64,000 nt of DNA, from assembly GCF_009914755.1 (NCBI RefSeq), contig NC_060947.1. One strand, given 5' to 3'. The notes beneath the pieces are model-generated. The model searched no databases. It had not been told where the DNA came from and saw only the letters and a program-made list of their open reading frames with translations. The DNA is from the human T2T-CHM13v2.0 reference genome, Homo sapiens. Below are positions 27,501 through 42,484 of this stretch, one piece after another; positions within the stretch are counted from its first letter, which is position 1, and the number at the start of each line of letters is the position of its first letter. The position numbers and the translations under genes were made by a program.

Positions 27501-30339
27501 CTTTAAAACTACTAGAAAAAAATATGGTAAATGATTCACTACATTGATCTGGGAAAAGATTTTATGGTTGAAACCTCAAAAGCACAGGAAACAAAAACAA
27601 AAATAGACAAATGGAATTATAGCAAACTCAAAAGCTTCTGCATAGCAAAAGGAACAATCAACAGAATGAATAGACAACCTGAAGAATTGGAGAAAATATT
27701 TTCAATCTATTCACCTGATAAGGGATTAATATACAAAATATACAAGGAACTCAATTCAACAGTAAGAAACAATCTTAGTAAAATATAGGCATAGACTTCT
27801 TTGAATAGACATTTCTCAAAAGAAGACATGCAAATGACCAACAAATATATGAAAAGCTGCTCAGCATCACTAATCATCAGAAAAATGCAAATCAAAACCA
27901 CAGTGAGATATCACCTCACCTCTTTTTAAATGTCTTGTATCAAATAGACAAAAAATAACAAATGCTGATGATAATGCAAAGGAAAGGAAACTCTTGTACA
28001 CTGTGGATGAGACTGTAAGTTAATACAGCCATTATGGAAAACAACATGGAGATTCTGAGTTAAAAATATAACTACCATGCAATCCAGAAATCCCACCTCT
28101 GGTTATATATCCAAAGGAAAGGAAATCAGTATGTCCAGAAGATAACTGCACTTTCATGTTTATTGCAGCACTATTCAGAATACCCAAAATATGGAATCCA
28201 ACTAAGTGTCCATCAACAGATAAATGGATAAAAAATTTGTATATATAAACAATGAAATGCTATTCAGCCATAATAAAGAATGGAATTCTGTTATTTGCAG
28301 CAACATGGATAAGACTGGAGGACATTATGTTAAATGAAATAAGTCAGGTATGGAAAGCTAAATATCACATGTTCTCACTTATGCATGGAAGCTGAAAAAA
28401 GTTGTTATAAAAAATGGAGAGTAGAATAGTTGTTACTAGAGGCTGAGAAGAGGAGGGAAGAGAGGGATAGAAAAAGATTAGTTAATAGATACAAAATTAC
28501 AGCTAGATAGGGGGAATAAGCTCCAGTATTTTATAGCGCTGTAGGGTAACTATAGCAAATAATAATTTATTGTATTTTTTAAAATTTCAAGAAGAGAGAA
28601 TTTTGAATGTTACTAACAGAAATAAATGATAAGGATTTGAGGTAATGGATATGCTAATTGTTCTCCTTTATTACACATTGTACACATGTATCAAAATCAC
28701 ACTGTACCCCCAAAATATAATTACAATAAAATAATAATAAATACAAATATTACATGTCAAAGAAAAAAATATATTTTATATAGTCAAAAGTTTCAAATTT
28801 AATTTTCAAATTAAAAATAGAAAATCAAGACATACAACTGTATACTCAAATTCTAGCATACAAATATGTACTAATTCTATTTCTTTCATTGAATCTGTAC
28901 ATTTTATTTTCAATTCCAAAAATTGCTCCTCCTTCACTATTCTTATAAGATCATGGGGAACCAGGATTATCAACAGGGTTGGGAGACCGTCCTGATTGGA
29001 TTTTACTTATAGGATCAGCAGAGCCACAATCCTCAAACTGCAATCTGAGCCAATTTCCTCCATTATTCTTAGTTCTCCTCTCCTTCCTTCCAATACTACC
29101 ACCTTCTTTCCATCCTGACTGCTGTCACCTATAAATATCTAAATCACTGTCTCACATGTGCTGTCATATTTGGAGTCTGGTTCAAAATCTGCCACTTTAT
29201 TCCCAGGAGATGCTGGGATATATATATATCTTTTATTTTCCCTCAATCACTACCTATTCTCTTAGGCTATCCAGATTCCAATTTTGCTTTATTTTCTTCC
29301 CTACCCAGCCCAGACCTCAGGGGCAAAAACTTCAATTGCATTCTCACAGGCACCATCCATTCCTTCAGTCCCTTAACCTTGTAGTGTAAATTCCCAACCT
29401 TGAAAACAAAAAACTAACAAACAAGCAAAACCACTTGTTCATTTTCTATACTCTGCTCCAGCTCCCAGGCTATACTCATATTCCATTACATTAGCTCCAG
29501 TCTCACCTAGGCCTTCAGTGATGTTCAAAATCTTTCACTAAGCACCTTTCCTTTTCTCTACAGCAACTTTTCTGAAATGTCATCATCCATACCCCTCTAC
29601 CCTTTTCACTCTAAGGAAATTACTTAATTTTCTACTTAACAGAAAAAGATAGGCTTCAATTCCCATAACTTTGTTCTCTAGCATCTTCAAAATCATGTAT
29701 ATCTCCAACGATATTTATCTCTTTATATAAATTTACTTTTAATTTTTATCAAAATTGTATGAGAACACAAAGAGACAAATAATTTTACAAGGCTCGTTAA
29801 GAAAACAACCGTCCCTTACTTGTCTCCACATGAGCCATTTCCCACTCCCTGGAAACAGTCACTTTCAGCTTTCTTAGATGATTCTTTTGTAAACATATCT
29901 CCATCTCTCTAAGTAAGAAAGAAGTGATTGCTCATTTATTTTTTATATGTAGGCATTATCTATTGAATTCCCTCCAACAAAGATGAGGATTTTTCTCTTT
30001 CACAATCCCCATTCTCCACCCTCAATCACACACTAGTAGCTTCCTAATAGCATAGGACTAAATTGTAATTTTGGTAATATAAATATGCAATGTTTACACT
30101 ATTATGTTCAGGTAAAGCTATTCACAAACTGAACCACAGAGTAAACTATGATTACTTGTCTTTTACTGTGTAACTCTAATTTTCTCGAAGTAAATAACTA
30201 TCTCATTTATTAGTTTTCTATGTGCTTATTACTACTTCAACCCAAGTTGTTCACCATTGGTCTCAATCCTTCAAGAAATTCAGACATATCAAGTATTTAA
30301 CAAATTTATTTTCTTGAGGAAAACTCTCCAAAGAGTTCC

Positions 30340-30785
30340 AGTTTGAATTAGTTGTCTTTTATTCCTATTGTAAATATTTTCTCCCATTTGTGGGTTATCA
30401 TTTCATTTTTAAGGTATCTTTGAAGCACAAAAGCTTTAATTTTTTAAAGTCCAGTTTACCTAAGTTTTCTTTCTTTGCTTGTGTTTTGGGGATCATATCT
30501 GAGGAATCATTGTCTAACCCAAAGTCACAAAGTTTTACAACTATGTAAAGTTTTATATTTTCAGCTCTCACATTTAGCTCTCTGATCAATCTTGGGTTAA
30601 TTTTCATACTTTGTGTGAGGTACAGATCTGACTTCATTTCTTTGCACGGACTATCAAGTTTTCCCAGCGTCATTTGTAGGAACGACTGTTATCCCTTTTT
30701 TCCTCAGTTGAATTTCTTGGCTTCCTTGTTAAAAATCAATTGACCCTAAATGTAAGGATTTATATGTGGACTCTCAACCCTTTTT
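30340..30785 (-). mobile_element. Old L1M ORF2 fragment
   Basis: ORF 30398-30673 (DLYLTQSMKINPRLIRELNVRAENIKL) resembles the ORF2 C-terminal region. Confidence 0.75.
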
Positions 30786-30899
30786 GCTTATAAAGTGAGA
30801 CTTTATTAATATCTTTATATTAAAGTGTCAAATAGACATAATGCAAAATATCATAAAACATGAGGATACTATACTGCCAAGTAACTTCAGTTTTAATCT

Positions 30900-31025
30900 G
30901 TCTAGTGAGGCTAGACTGTGAACTGCTCCAGGAAAGGCTTATCTGCTTATTTTTTATTCATTTGTGTTCCCCCATGCTAGCACAGTACCTGGCGTCCAGC
31001 TCATAAAGAACAGTTAAATGAACAC
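30900..31025 (+). mobile_element. L2 3' end
   Basis: ctagactgtgaactgctccagg...cccccatgctagcacagtacctggc...taaatgaa. Confidence 0.65.
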
Positions 31026-31279
31026 AATCTAATTCAAACAATACAGTTCTGGGGTTTTATGTCTTTTGCAGTGGCTATCTTTAAGGTTATACTTGTAAAT
31101 AGTTTTGTTTATCTTGGATTTATCACGTCTTTCTTTTCCTCCTTTAGAAAGGGGAAGAGAGGTAAGGGATCTTAGTAGCTGATAAGCAAAAAGGGCAGAA
31201 GTGAGGAAAACAAAGGTGAGCAATAGGACAAGAGTTCCATATTAAAGAATGGGCATCTTTATGTTCAGGATATGGAAAT

Positions 31280-31580
31280 GTTTTATTTATCAGTTAAAGC
31301 ATTTCTTTGACAGTGACGGAAACCGATTTTGAGTAACTTAGCAAAACAGGGATTCAACTTAAGGTTCATGGGTGCTCCCTGGATCAAAATGAGGCTGGGA
31401 GGCTAGTCTTGGTTACAGGTACCAAGGGGGCTACCATGGAGCAGGAAGCAGGGCAGCCTGGTCAGGATGCTCCTCACAGTTTTTGTTGTTGTTGTTTTAC
31501 AATGAGGCTGGGTGCTAAAAGGAAGGGGACGTGGATCCTGGTATGCCAAAGGGGATATGTGTCCACCATTGGTACCACTG
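31280..31580. mobile_element. Probable old MaLR (MLT1-type) LTR remnant
   Basis: tatcagttaaagcatttctttgacagtgacggaaacc...aacttagcaaaacagggatt...gtccacca resembles degenerate MLT1 termini. Confidence 0.4.
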
Positions 31581-32139
31581 AATGATTAGCTAGAGAGGAT
31601 TGTGAAGGTCATCTAGTCCCCGCTTCTTGCATCACAGAAGTGGACTCTAAATTCTATTTCTTACATCTATGTGTCTATCCCTATGCCAGTGCCATGAACT
31701 CTTAAGTACTGTAGCTTTGCAGCAAGATTAGAAATGAAGAATATGAGTCCTCTAACTTTGTCCTTTTCCAAGATTGTTTCAGGTGTTCAGGATCTCTTGT
31801 ATTTCCATATGAATTTTAGAACTGTCTTGTCAATCTATTTAAAAAAGGCAGTTGGGATTTTTATAGGGATTGCATTGAATCAGTAGATCAAAATTTGGAG
31901 AGTATTGTCATCTTAACAATTTTATATTTTTCCATTCATGAATACAGGATGTCTTTCCATTTATGCAGGATTTTTCATTTCTGATTTTGGTAATTTAAGT
32001 CTTCTTTAATTTCTCTAATAATGCTTTGTAATTTTTTGTTTATACCTTGCACTTCTTTTGTTAAATTTATTCCTCAGAATGTTATTATTTTTGATGCTAT
32101 TGATACTATTTGATAATATTGTAAATGGAATTGTTTTCT

Positions 32140-32460
32140 TTCCATTAGTTTCATGTATATGTGAAACTAATAATAGTACATGACTATTTATGAGCTATAT
32201 ATAATATAGACATATAAAACTAATAATAATATATTACTATATATGAAGCTAATAATAATATATGACTTTCCATTAGTTTCCATTATTTGTATATAAATAC
32301 ATATATGAAACTTTCCTTTAGTTTATATACCTGTATGAAACTTTCCATTAGTTTCATATATATATATACATTTTTATATAGTTTCATTTCAAACATGAAC
32401 TATAAAACTATCAAAACTATATATAGTTTATCAAATATAAAAAACTATATATAGTTTTAT
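32140..32460. repeat. AT-rich low-complexity expansion
   Basis: Recurrent tttccattagtttc / atgaaactaataata and (TA)n units in both orientations. Confidence 0.75.
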
Positions 32461-33164
32461 TTTTGTATTGTTCATTGCTAGCGCATGAGTGTAACTAAAT
32501 TTTGAATATTTATCTTTTATACTGCTTGCTCAGGTAGTTTATTAGCTCTAATAATTTTGTGTATGGATTCCTTAGGGTTTCCAAAATGCAAATCATGTCA
32601 TTTGTGAATGAATGTACTTTTACTTACTCCTTTCAAGCCTGGAGGCTTTGTATTTGCCAAATTTCCTTCGCTGTAGCCTCTAGTACACTTTTGAACAGAA
32701 GTGATGAGAGAAGACATCCTTGTCTTGTTCTTGATCTTAGGAGTACACTTTCAATCTTTCACTATTAAGTATGATAGTAGATGTGGGTTTTTCATAGGTG
32801 TGCCTCAGCAAATTGAGGATGTTCTCTTTTATAATTAGTTGTTAAGTGTTATTTTCATGAAATGGTGTTAGATTTTGTCAAATGACTTTTCTGCATCTGA
32901 TGAGATGGTCAGTATATTATTCTATTAATAGAGTGTATTACATAGATTGATTTTTGTATGCTAAATTAACATTGCATTCCTGGGATAAATCCTACTTAAT
33001 TATGGTGTATGATCCTTTTTATATACTGCTAAATTCAGTTGCTTATATATTGTTAATGCTTTTTGCATTAGTATTTATAAGGGATATTGGTCCGTAGTTT
33101 CCTTTAGATGTTTTTGCCTGGCTTTGTTCTCTGTGTAATGTAGTGCCCTCATAGAATGAATTGA

Positions 33165-33616
<452 letters not shown>

Positions 33617-34279
33617 TCAGTCTCTTTATTTTTAAGAGATATTCACATTTTCTGTTTATTCTTGACTCAGTTTTGGTAGTTTCTGTACATCTAGGAGTTT
33701 GACCATTTTGTCTGGATTACCTAATTTGTTGGAATGAATTGTTTATAGTATTTCATTAAAAGCATTTTTTGTGCATATGGTTCATAGTAATGTCTCATTT
33801 TTTATTCCTGATGTTGGTAATTCAAGTCTTCTCTCTTCTCTTTCAAGATTTATCAATTGTGTTGATCTTTCAAAGAACCAGCTTTTGGTTTCATTGATGT
33901 TCTCTATAGTTTTTAAATTCTCTATTTCATGAATTTCTGCTCTAATCTTTATAATTTCCTTCTCTGCTTGAATTATTTCGCTCTTCCTAGTGTCTTAAGG
34001 TGGAAGGTTATTGACTTCAGATTTTTTTTTTCATTTCTAATATGGGCATTTATAGCTATAAATTTACTTCTAAGCATTGCTTTACTTGCATCCTATAAGT
34101 TTTGGCATGTTGTATTTTCATTATTATTCACTTTAAAGTGTTTTCTAATTTCTGATTGATTTTTTTCTTTGAATCTTTGCTAAAAGAATGCTGTTGAATT
34201 TTCACTTTTTTTTTGAGTTTCCCAAATTTTATTCTGTTATGTATTTTATTTGATTGTGTTTGGGTAGGAGAACGTACAG

Positions 34280-35211
34280 TGAACTACATTTCTATATAGC
34301 AGCAACAAACAGTTGTGAAATATAATTTAAAAAGACACTACTCTTAATAGCAATAGAAATATAGAGTATCTAAATCTAATAAAATATGTGCAATATCTTT
34401 CTGTATAAATTATAAAACTTTACTAAGAGGCATTAAAGAACACCTAAATAAATGGACAGATATAAAAAGCTCATGGACTAGAATATTGAATATTACAAAG
34501 ATATTGATTTTTTTTCCCCAATTCATCTATAGATCTATAAAATTCAAAGTGGAGTCAAATCCCAGTAAAGATTTAAAAAACATTTTCCATGGAACTTGAT
34601 GAGCTGATTCTAAAGTTTATATAGAACAACAAAGATTAAATAGTAGCCGAAATACTCTTGAAGAACTGCCTAGTCAGGGGACTAGATCTAGTGTGTATCA
34701 GTACGTTATAAAACTATAATAATTCCACCAGTGTAGACTTGGTCCTGGTATAGACAAATGAATGAGGGAATCAAATAGAAAGCCAGAAATAAACCCTTGC
34801 ATATATGAAGCTGATATGTGTTGGAGCAGACATTGCTGATCAGCAGGAAAAAGATGGGATACTTGTAGATAGTGCTGGGATTATAAAATTATTGTTAAGT
34901 ACATGGTCATCACTAATCAATCATAAATAAATAAGTGTAGAAATAATGTGTATGTTGATTAGCTTGACTTAGAAATTCCACAATGCATACATGTATCAAA
35001 ACATAATGTTGCACATCATAAATATAAAAAATGTTTTCAATTTTAAAAGGATGTGATAGTTCATATCTAAAAAGGGATATCTTTCTCCATATATCAAAAA
35101 TCAATTCCAGATGGATCAAGGTCTGAAATAGAAAAAGCAAAACTTTGAAATGTTTAAAAAAATATATTAATAAAAATATTTTTATGACTGCAGGGTATAG
35201 AAGCATTTCTT
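34280..35211 (+). mobile_element. Old L1M (L1ME-like) ORF2 3' part, left half
   Basis: Degenerate ORF2; the same element resumes at ~43107 (tttcttaaacaagacac...). Confidence 0.75.
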
Positions 35212-35219
35212 CCTTTTTA

Positions 35220-35279
35220 AAATTTTTTTTATTATACTTTAAGTTTTAGGGTACATGTGCACAATGTGCAGGTTTGTTA
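35220..35279 (-). mobile_element. About 55-bp L1PA 3' terminal fragment
   Basis: ttttttttattatactttaagttttagggtacatgtgcacaatgtgcaggtttgtta is the extreme L1PA 3' end. Confidence 0.85.
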
Positions 35280-36472
35280 AAAATTTTATAAAATGCTATA
35301 TTTTATGAGTGGCAGCTTCCATCTCCCCACCCAAATCATGCACAGATATACATATCTTGTCTTTAACACATTTCCAAAAGGGAGCACTTATCAAGATGTC
35401 ATCCATCTCCAAACATCTGACTCACATAGAAGAGAATAGAGGTGTTTATTTCATAGACCAAGCTATCAAAACATTCCTTTCACTATTTCTGCTCAACCTA
35501 AAAGATGCAGCCTGGAATTATTTTAAGATGTTTATGTTATTTGTAATATTATGGGAAAGTAAATTACTAACATTCACAAGGTTATAAGCTGCAAAATAAC
35601 TACTTTGTTTTTTAAAAGAAAATTAGAATCTCATTAAGGATATATTAGCATCATTAACAGAAAAAAATCATTTACAATAACTTAAAAACCAGTCATGTAG
35701 GAAAATAATGTGGTAATCAACCACTACTAGAGAAAATAGGTCCTCTTATTTGATTTTACTTGAACTTTGAGATTCTCTACCCTGAATGGATGATGAAGCA
35801 TTCAGGTAAAAATAAGAAGTTATGTGTGAGTTTTCAAGGGTTACTGCCTCAAAGGAGGTACAGAAGTAGCCCCAGTCCTACAGTTTATTCCAACATTGAG
35901 ATCTTCCTAGAAAGTTCAGCACAGTTTCATTTTGCGGAGATTTGACAATTCATCAGCCTCAGTATTCACATCTTATAAAACATCTTCCACATTAAAAAAG
36001 ACTTTGTCCCATACAAATAAGTTTTTCATCGCTTCTCCAACTTCTTGTACTTGGCTTCCAGTTTTAAAAAAATGCATTTAACTTTTAAGCTGTCTGCTCA
36101 AGAGCTGCTACCTGCTCTTCAATGACATTGATCTGATCCAGATAAGGCTGCAGTCCAGCATACTACTGAACTTAAACTTAAGTCCTTTAAGTATCTACTA
36201 ATGTTTATAGAAATATCTTTTATTTCAAGATACTTCAAGCTGAGTAGTTTATTCATTTTCTGGGAGCTTATAGTCTTCATTGGTGGTCGTCAATTCTCCA
36301 GTAAGATAAATGTCCATTTTGGAGAACATGTCCCAGCACAGCTCAGTGATCTCAGCTTCAGCAGGTTCCTTTGTTTCCTCAGCTGTTTTCATGGTGGCAA
36401 TGTCTCAAGTGAGTTTCTCACATCAGGTCGCTAGGACACTTCAGGCACCATCATGTCAGGTTTTGCCCTGCT
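35280..36472 (-). pseudogene. BLOC1S2: BLOC1S2 processed pseudogene (CDS remnant 36026-36454 plus presumed 3'UTR)
   Basis: Intronless minus-strand translation ..KTAEETKEPAEAEITELCWDMFSKMDIYLTGELTTTNEDYKL / LKYLEIKDISINISRYLKDL / YAGLQPYLDQINVIEEQVAALEQTA / KLEAKYKKLEKR* with stops and frameshifts. The 3'UTR extent is inferred from the TSD position. Confidence 0.93.
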
Positions 36473-38053
36473 CGAGAAGTTTTTCTTTCCTTTTTCCATT
36501 TTTTATTTATTTTCTTTTCATTTTTTTTTCATTTTTTATTTATTTTCTTTTCATTTTTTTTCATTATTTTATTTTGTGTTCCAGGATATGTGTGCAGGAT
36601 GTGCAGGTTCATTACACAGGTAAAAATGTACCATGATAGTTTGCTGCACCTGTCAACTCATCACCAAGGTATCAAGTCCAGCACACATTAGCTATTTTTT
36701 CTAATGCTCTCCGTCCCCATGCCTGCCTTCCACTGACAGTGTGTGCTGTTTCCCTCCCTGTGTCCATGCGTTCTCATTGTTCAGCTCACATTTATAGGTG
36801 AGAACATGTGGTGTTTGGTTTACTGTCCCTGCATTAGTTTGCTGAGAATAATGGCTTCCAGCTCCATCCATGTCTCTGCAAAGGACATAATCTCATTTCA
36901 TTTTATGGGTGCATAGTATTCCATGGTATATATATAACACATTTTCTTTATCCAGTCTATCATTGATGAGCGTTTGGGTTAATTCTATGTTTTTGCTATT
37001 GTGAAAAGTGCTGCGATGAACATACGTGTGCATGTATCTTTATAATAGAATGATATATTCCTTTGGGTATATACCCAGTAATAAAATTGCTGGGTCAAAT
37101 GAAATGGTATTTCTGCCTCTAGGCTTTGAGGAATTGACACACCGTCTTCCACAATGGTTGAACTAATTTACATTCTCACCAACAGTGAAAAAGTGTTTTG
37201 ATTTCTCCACAGCCTCGCCCATGTCTATTGTTTCTTGACTTTTACTAATCATCTTTCTGACTGGCATGAGGTGGCATCTCATTGTGGTTTTGTATTTGCA
37301 TTTCTCTAATGATCAGTGATGTTGAACTTTTTTTCATATGTTTGTTGCCTACATAAATGTCTTCTTTAGAGAAGTGTCTGTTCATGTCCTTTGCCCACTT
37401 TTTGATAGGGTTGTTTTATTTTGTATGGTAAATTTGTTTAAGTTCCTTGGAGATTCCGAATATCATACCTTTGTCAGATGGATAGATTGCCAAAATTTTC
37501 TCCCATTCTGTAGGTTGCCTGTTCACTCTGATGATAGTTTCTTTTGCTGCGCAGAAGCTCTTTAGTTTAATTAGATCCCATTTGCCAGTTTTTTGTTTGT
37601 TGCAATTGCTTTTGATGTTTTCATCATAAAATGTTTGCCCATGCCTATGTCCTAAATGATATTGCCTAGATTTTCTTCTAGGGTTTTTAGAGTTTGGGGT
37701 TTCACACTTAAGACTTTAATCCATGTTGAGATCATTTTTGTATAAGGTGTAAGAAAGGGGTCCAGTTTTAATTTTCTGCATATGGCTAGCCAGTTCTTCT
37801 AGCACCATTTAATAAATAGGGAATCCTTTTTCATTGGTTGTTTTTGTCAGATTTGCCAAAAATCAAATGGTTATAGATGTGTGGTCTTATTTCTGAGATT
37901 TCTGTTCTGTTCCATAGGTCTATGTGTCTGTTTTTGTACCAGTACCATTACCGTAGCCTTGTAGTACAGTTTGAAGTTGAGTAGTATGATGCCTCCAGCT
38001 TTGTTATTTTTGCTTAGGATCATTTTGGCTATATGGGCTCTCCTTTGGTTTCA

Positions 38054-38179
<126 letters not shown>

Positions 38180-40685
38180 CTATGAGCATGGAATGTTTCT
38201 CCGTTTGTTTGTGTCCTCTCTCATTTCCTTGAGAAGTGGTTTGTAGTTCTCTTTTAAGAGGTCCTTCACTTGCCTTGTTAGCTATATTCCTAGGTATGTT
38301 ATTCTCTTTGTCGCAATAGTGAATGGGAATTCATTCACGATTTGGCTCTCTGTTTGTCTATTGATGGTGATAGGAATGCTTCTGATTTTTGCACATTGAT
38401 TTGAATCCTGAGATTTTGCTGAAGTTTCCTATCATCTTAGGAAGTTTTTAATCTGAGAAAATGGAATTTTCTAGATATAGGAACATGTCATCTGCAAAAA
38501 GAGACAATTTGACTTCCTCTCTTCTTATTTGAATATGCTTTATTTCTTTCTGTTGCCTGATTGCCTTCGCCAGAACTTCCAATACTATGTTGAATAGGCA
38601 TGGTGAGAGAGGTCACCCTTGTCTTATTTCATTTTTTAAGCGAAATGCTTCCAGCTTTTGCCTGATCAGTATGATATTGGCTGTAGTTTTGTCATAAATT
38701 ATTCTAATTATTTTGACATATGTTTCATCAATACCTAGCTTATTGAGAGTTTTCAACATGAAAGGATGTTGAATTGTACTGAAGGCCTTTTTCTGCATCT
38801 ATTGAGATAATCATGTGGTTTTTGTCTTTAGTTCTGTTTATGTTATTAATTATACTTATTGATTTGCATTTTTTTGGAACCAGTCGTGCATCTGGGACAC
38901 AAAGATGACTTCACTGTGGTGTGTAAGCTTTTTGATGTGCTTCTGAATTTGGTTTGCCAGTATTTTATTGAGAATTTTTGCATCATGTTCATCAGGGATA
39001 TTGGCCTAAATTTTCTTTTTTCTTGTATCTCTGTCGGGTTTTGGTATCAGCATGATGCTGGCCTCATAAAAAGAGTTAGGGAGGAGTCCCTCATTTTCAG
39101 TTGCTTGAAATAGTTTCAGAAGAAATAGTACAAGCTCATCTTTGTACCTCTTGTAGAATTCAGCTGTAAATTTATCTGTTCCTGGGCTTTTATTAGTTGG
39201 TAGGCTATTTATTACTGTCTCAATTTCAGAACTTGTTATTGGTCTATTCAGGGATTCAACTTCTTCCTGGTTCAGTCTTGAGAGGATGTATGTGTCCAGG
39301 AATTTATCCATTTCTTCTAGATTTTCTAGTAAATTTGCATAGTGTTGTTTGTAGTACTCTCTGATGGCTGCTTATATTTCTTTGGGGTCAGTAGTGATAT
39401 CCCCTTTATCATTTTTCGTTGTTTCTATTTTATTCTTCTCTCTTTTATTCTTTATTAGTCTAGCTAGTGGTCTATTTTATTACTTTTTCAAAAAAAAGAC
39501 AGCTTCAGGATTCGGTGATTTTTTGAAGGGTTTTATGTGTCTCTGTCTCCTTCAGTTCTACTATGATCTTGGTTATTCCTTGTCTTCTATAGCCTTGGGG
39601 TTTGTTTGTTCTCAGTTCTCTAGTTCTTTTAGCTGTGATGTTAGAATGTATATTTGAGATCATTCTAACTTTTTGATGTGAGCATTTAGTGTTATAAATT
39701 TCCCTCTTAACACTGCTTTGGCTGTGTCCTAGAGATTCTGGTACTTTGTCTCTTTGTTCTCATTGGTTTCAAAAAACTTCTTGATTTCTGACTTAATTTC
39801 ATTACTTACCCTGGAGTCATTCAGAGCAGGTTGTTCAATTTTCAGGCAGTAGTGTGATTTTGAGTGGGGTTTCTAATATTGAGTTCTAATTTGATTGCAC
39901 TGTGGTCTGAGAGACTGTTTGTTATGATTTCAGTTTGGCAGCATTTGCTGAAGAGCATTTTACTTCCAATTATGTGATCAATTTTAGAGTAAGTGCCATT
40001 TGATGTCAAGATGAATGTATACTCTATTGTTTTTGGGTGGAGAGTTCTGTATATATTTATTACATCCACTTGACCAAGAGCTGAGTTCTTGTCGTGAATA
40101 TTCTTGTTAATTTTCTGCCTCAATGAACTGTCTAATATTGACAGTGCGGTGTTAAATCTCCCATTATTATTGTGTGGAAGTCTAAGCCTCTTTGTGGGTC
40201 TATAAGAACTTGTTTTAAGAACCTGGGTGCTTCCATATTGGGTGTATATATATTTAGGATAGTTAGCTTTTCTTGTCAAATTGACTCCTTTACCATAATG
40301 TAATGCCCTTCTTTGTCTTTTTTGATCTTTGTTGATTTACAGTCTGTTTTGTCATAAACTAGGATTGCAACCCCTGTTTTTTTCTGCTTTCCATTTGCTG
40401 TTATATTTTTCTTTTTCCCTTTCTGTTGAGCTTATTTGTGTCTTTGCACATGAGATGGGTCTCTTGAATACAGCACACCAATAGGTCTCCAATCTATTCA
40501 GTTTGCTATTCTGTGTCGTTTAATTGGGGCATTTAGCCCACATACATTTAAGGTTAATATTGTTATGTGTGAATTTGATTATGTCACCATGATGCTAGCT
40601 GGTTATTTTGCAGGCTTGTTGATTTAATGCTTTGTAGTGTCATTGGTCTGTGTACTTCAGTGTTTTTTTTTTTTTTTTTTTTGTG

Positions 40686-40749
40686 ACTGGCAAAGGATTT
40701 TCCTTTTTATAGTTAGTACTGGCAAAGGATTTTCCTTTTTATAGTTAGT
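40686..40749. repeat. Perfect 32-bp tandem duplication
   Basis: actggcaaaggattttcctttttatagttagt x2. Confidence 0.95.
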
Positions 40750-42484
40750 GTTTCCTTCAGCAACTCTTGCAAGGCAGGCCTGGTGGTGACAAATTCCCTC
40801 AGCATTTGGTTGTCTGAAAAGAATTTTATTTCTCCTTTGCTTATGAAGCTTAGTTTGGCCAGATATGAAATTCTGGTTTGAAAATTATTTTCTTTAAGAA
40901 TGTTGAATATTGGCCCCCAATCTCTTCTGGCTTGTAGAATTTCCACGAAGAGGTCTCCTGTTATTCTGATGGGCTTCCATTTGTAGGTGACTGGCCTTTC
41001 TTTGTGGCTGCCCTTAACAATGTCTTTCTTCATTTCAAACTTGGATAGTATCATGATTATGTGTCTTGGAGTTGCTCTTCTCATAGAGTATCTTACTGGG
41101 GTTCTATGGATTTCCTGAATTTTAACGTTGGCCTATCTTGCTAGGCTGGGGAAGATGATATCCTGAAATATGTTTTGGATGATATCCTGAAGTAGGTTTT
41201 TTAACTTGGTTTCATTCTCCCTGTTTCTTTCCAGCATCCCAATCAGTCACAGGTTCAGTCTTTTTACATAATCCCATAGTTCTAGGAGGTTTTGATTGTT
41301 CCTTTTCATTCTTTTTTCTCTAGTCTTGTCTGCCTGTCTTAATTTCAGCAAGAATGTCTTCAAGCTCTGAAATTCTTTCCTCCACTTGGTCTACTTGTCT
41401 ATTGATACCTGCAGTTGCATTGTAAAGTTCTCTTGTTTTGTTTTTCAGCTTCATCTGGTCATTTTTGTACCTCTCCCAACTGGTTATTCTAGTTAACAAC
41501 CCCTTTAGTATTTTATTATGGTTTTTAGCTTCTTTGCATTGGGCTAGAACATGTTCCTTTAGCTCAGTGAAGTTTGTTATTACCCACCTTCTGAAGCCTG
41601 CTTCCGTCAGTTCATCCATCTCAGCCTCAGCTCAGTCCTGTGCCCTTCCTGGAGTGGTGTTGTGATCATCTGAAGGAGAAGAGGCACTCTGGCAATTATA
41701 GTTTTCAGCATTTTTTCATTTATTCTTTCTCATCTTCATAACTTTATCTACCTTCAATCTTTGAAACTGCCGACCTTTGGATGGGGTTTTATGGGGACTT
41801 TTTGTTGATGCTGTTGTTGTTGCTTTCTGTTTGTTTATCTTTTAATAGGCCTCTTTTCTGTAGAGCTGCTGCAGGGTGTGCTGGGGGACCACTTTACACC
41901 CTATTAACCTGGGTCCCTCCTGTATCTGGTGATGTCACCAGTGGAGGCTACAAAAGAGCAAAGATGGCTGCCTGCTTCTTTCTCTGGGAGCTCTGTCTCA
42001 GAGGGGCACCAAACTGATGCCAGCAGGAATGTTTGTGTATTAGGTGTCTGGTGACCCCTCTTGGGGGATCTCACTGAGTCAGGAGGTATGGTATCAGGGA
42101 CCCACTTAGTGAAGCACTCTGGCTATCCATTGGTGGAGGGGTTGTGTTGCACTAGGGGGAATTCCACTTGTCTGGACTGCCCAGATTTCTCAGAGCCAGC
42201 AGGGGAAAAGACTAAGTCTGCTGATTCATGGAGATTATGGCCACACCTCCCTCTAGGGGTTCTATTCCAGGGAGATCAGAGTTTTGTCTGTAAACTCCTG
42301 GCTGGAGTTGCTAAAATTCCCACAGGGAGGCCCTGCCTGCTGAGGAGGGATGGGTCCAAGTTCACCCTAAGAAGGCAGTCTGGCCACAATCTGCCACAGC
42401 CACTGTGCTGCACTGTGGGAATTCCTCCAGGGTCCAAACTGCCCAGTGTCCCCAGCACCAGCAGGGGAAAACCACAGACGAGCT

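Noticed and set aside
34260-34300. Opposite-orientation L1 junction as a twin-priming inversion
   Set aside because: Both sides cover overlapping ORF2 regions and no shared TSD is visible, so two separate old elements are more likely.
35391-35497. Exon-like segment on the minus strand (VEQK**KECFDSLVY..)
   Set aside because: It lies inside the TSD-bounded BLOC1S2 retrocopy (presumed 3'UTR), contains stops, and the apparent donor is ATAAGT.
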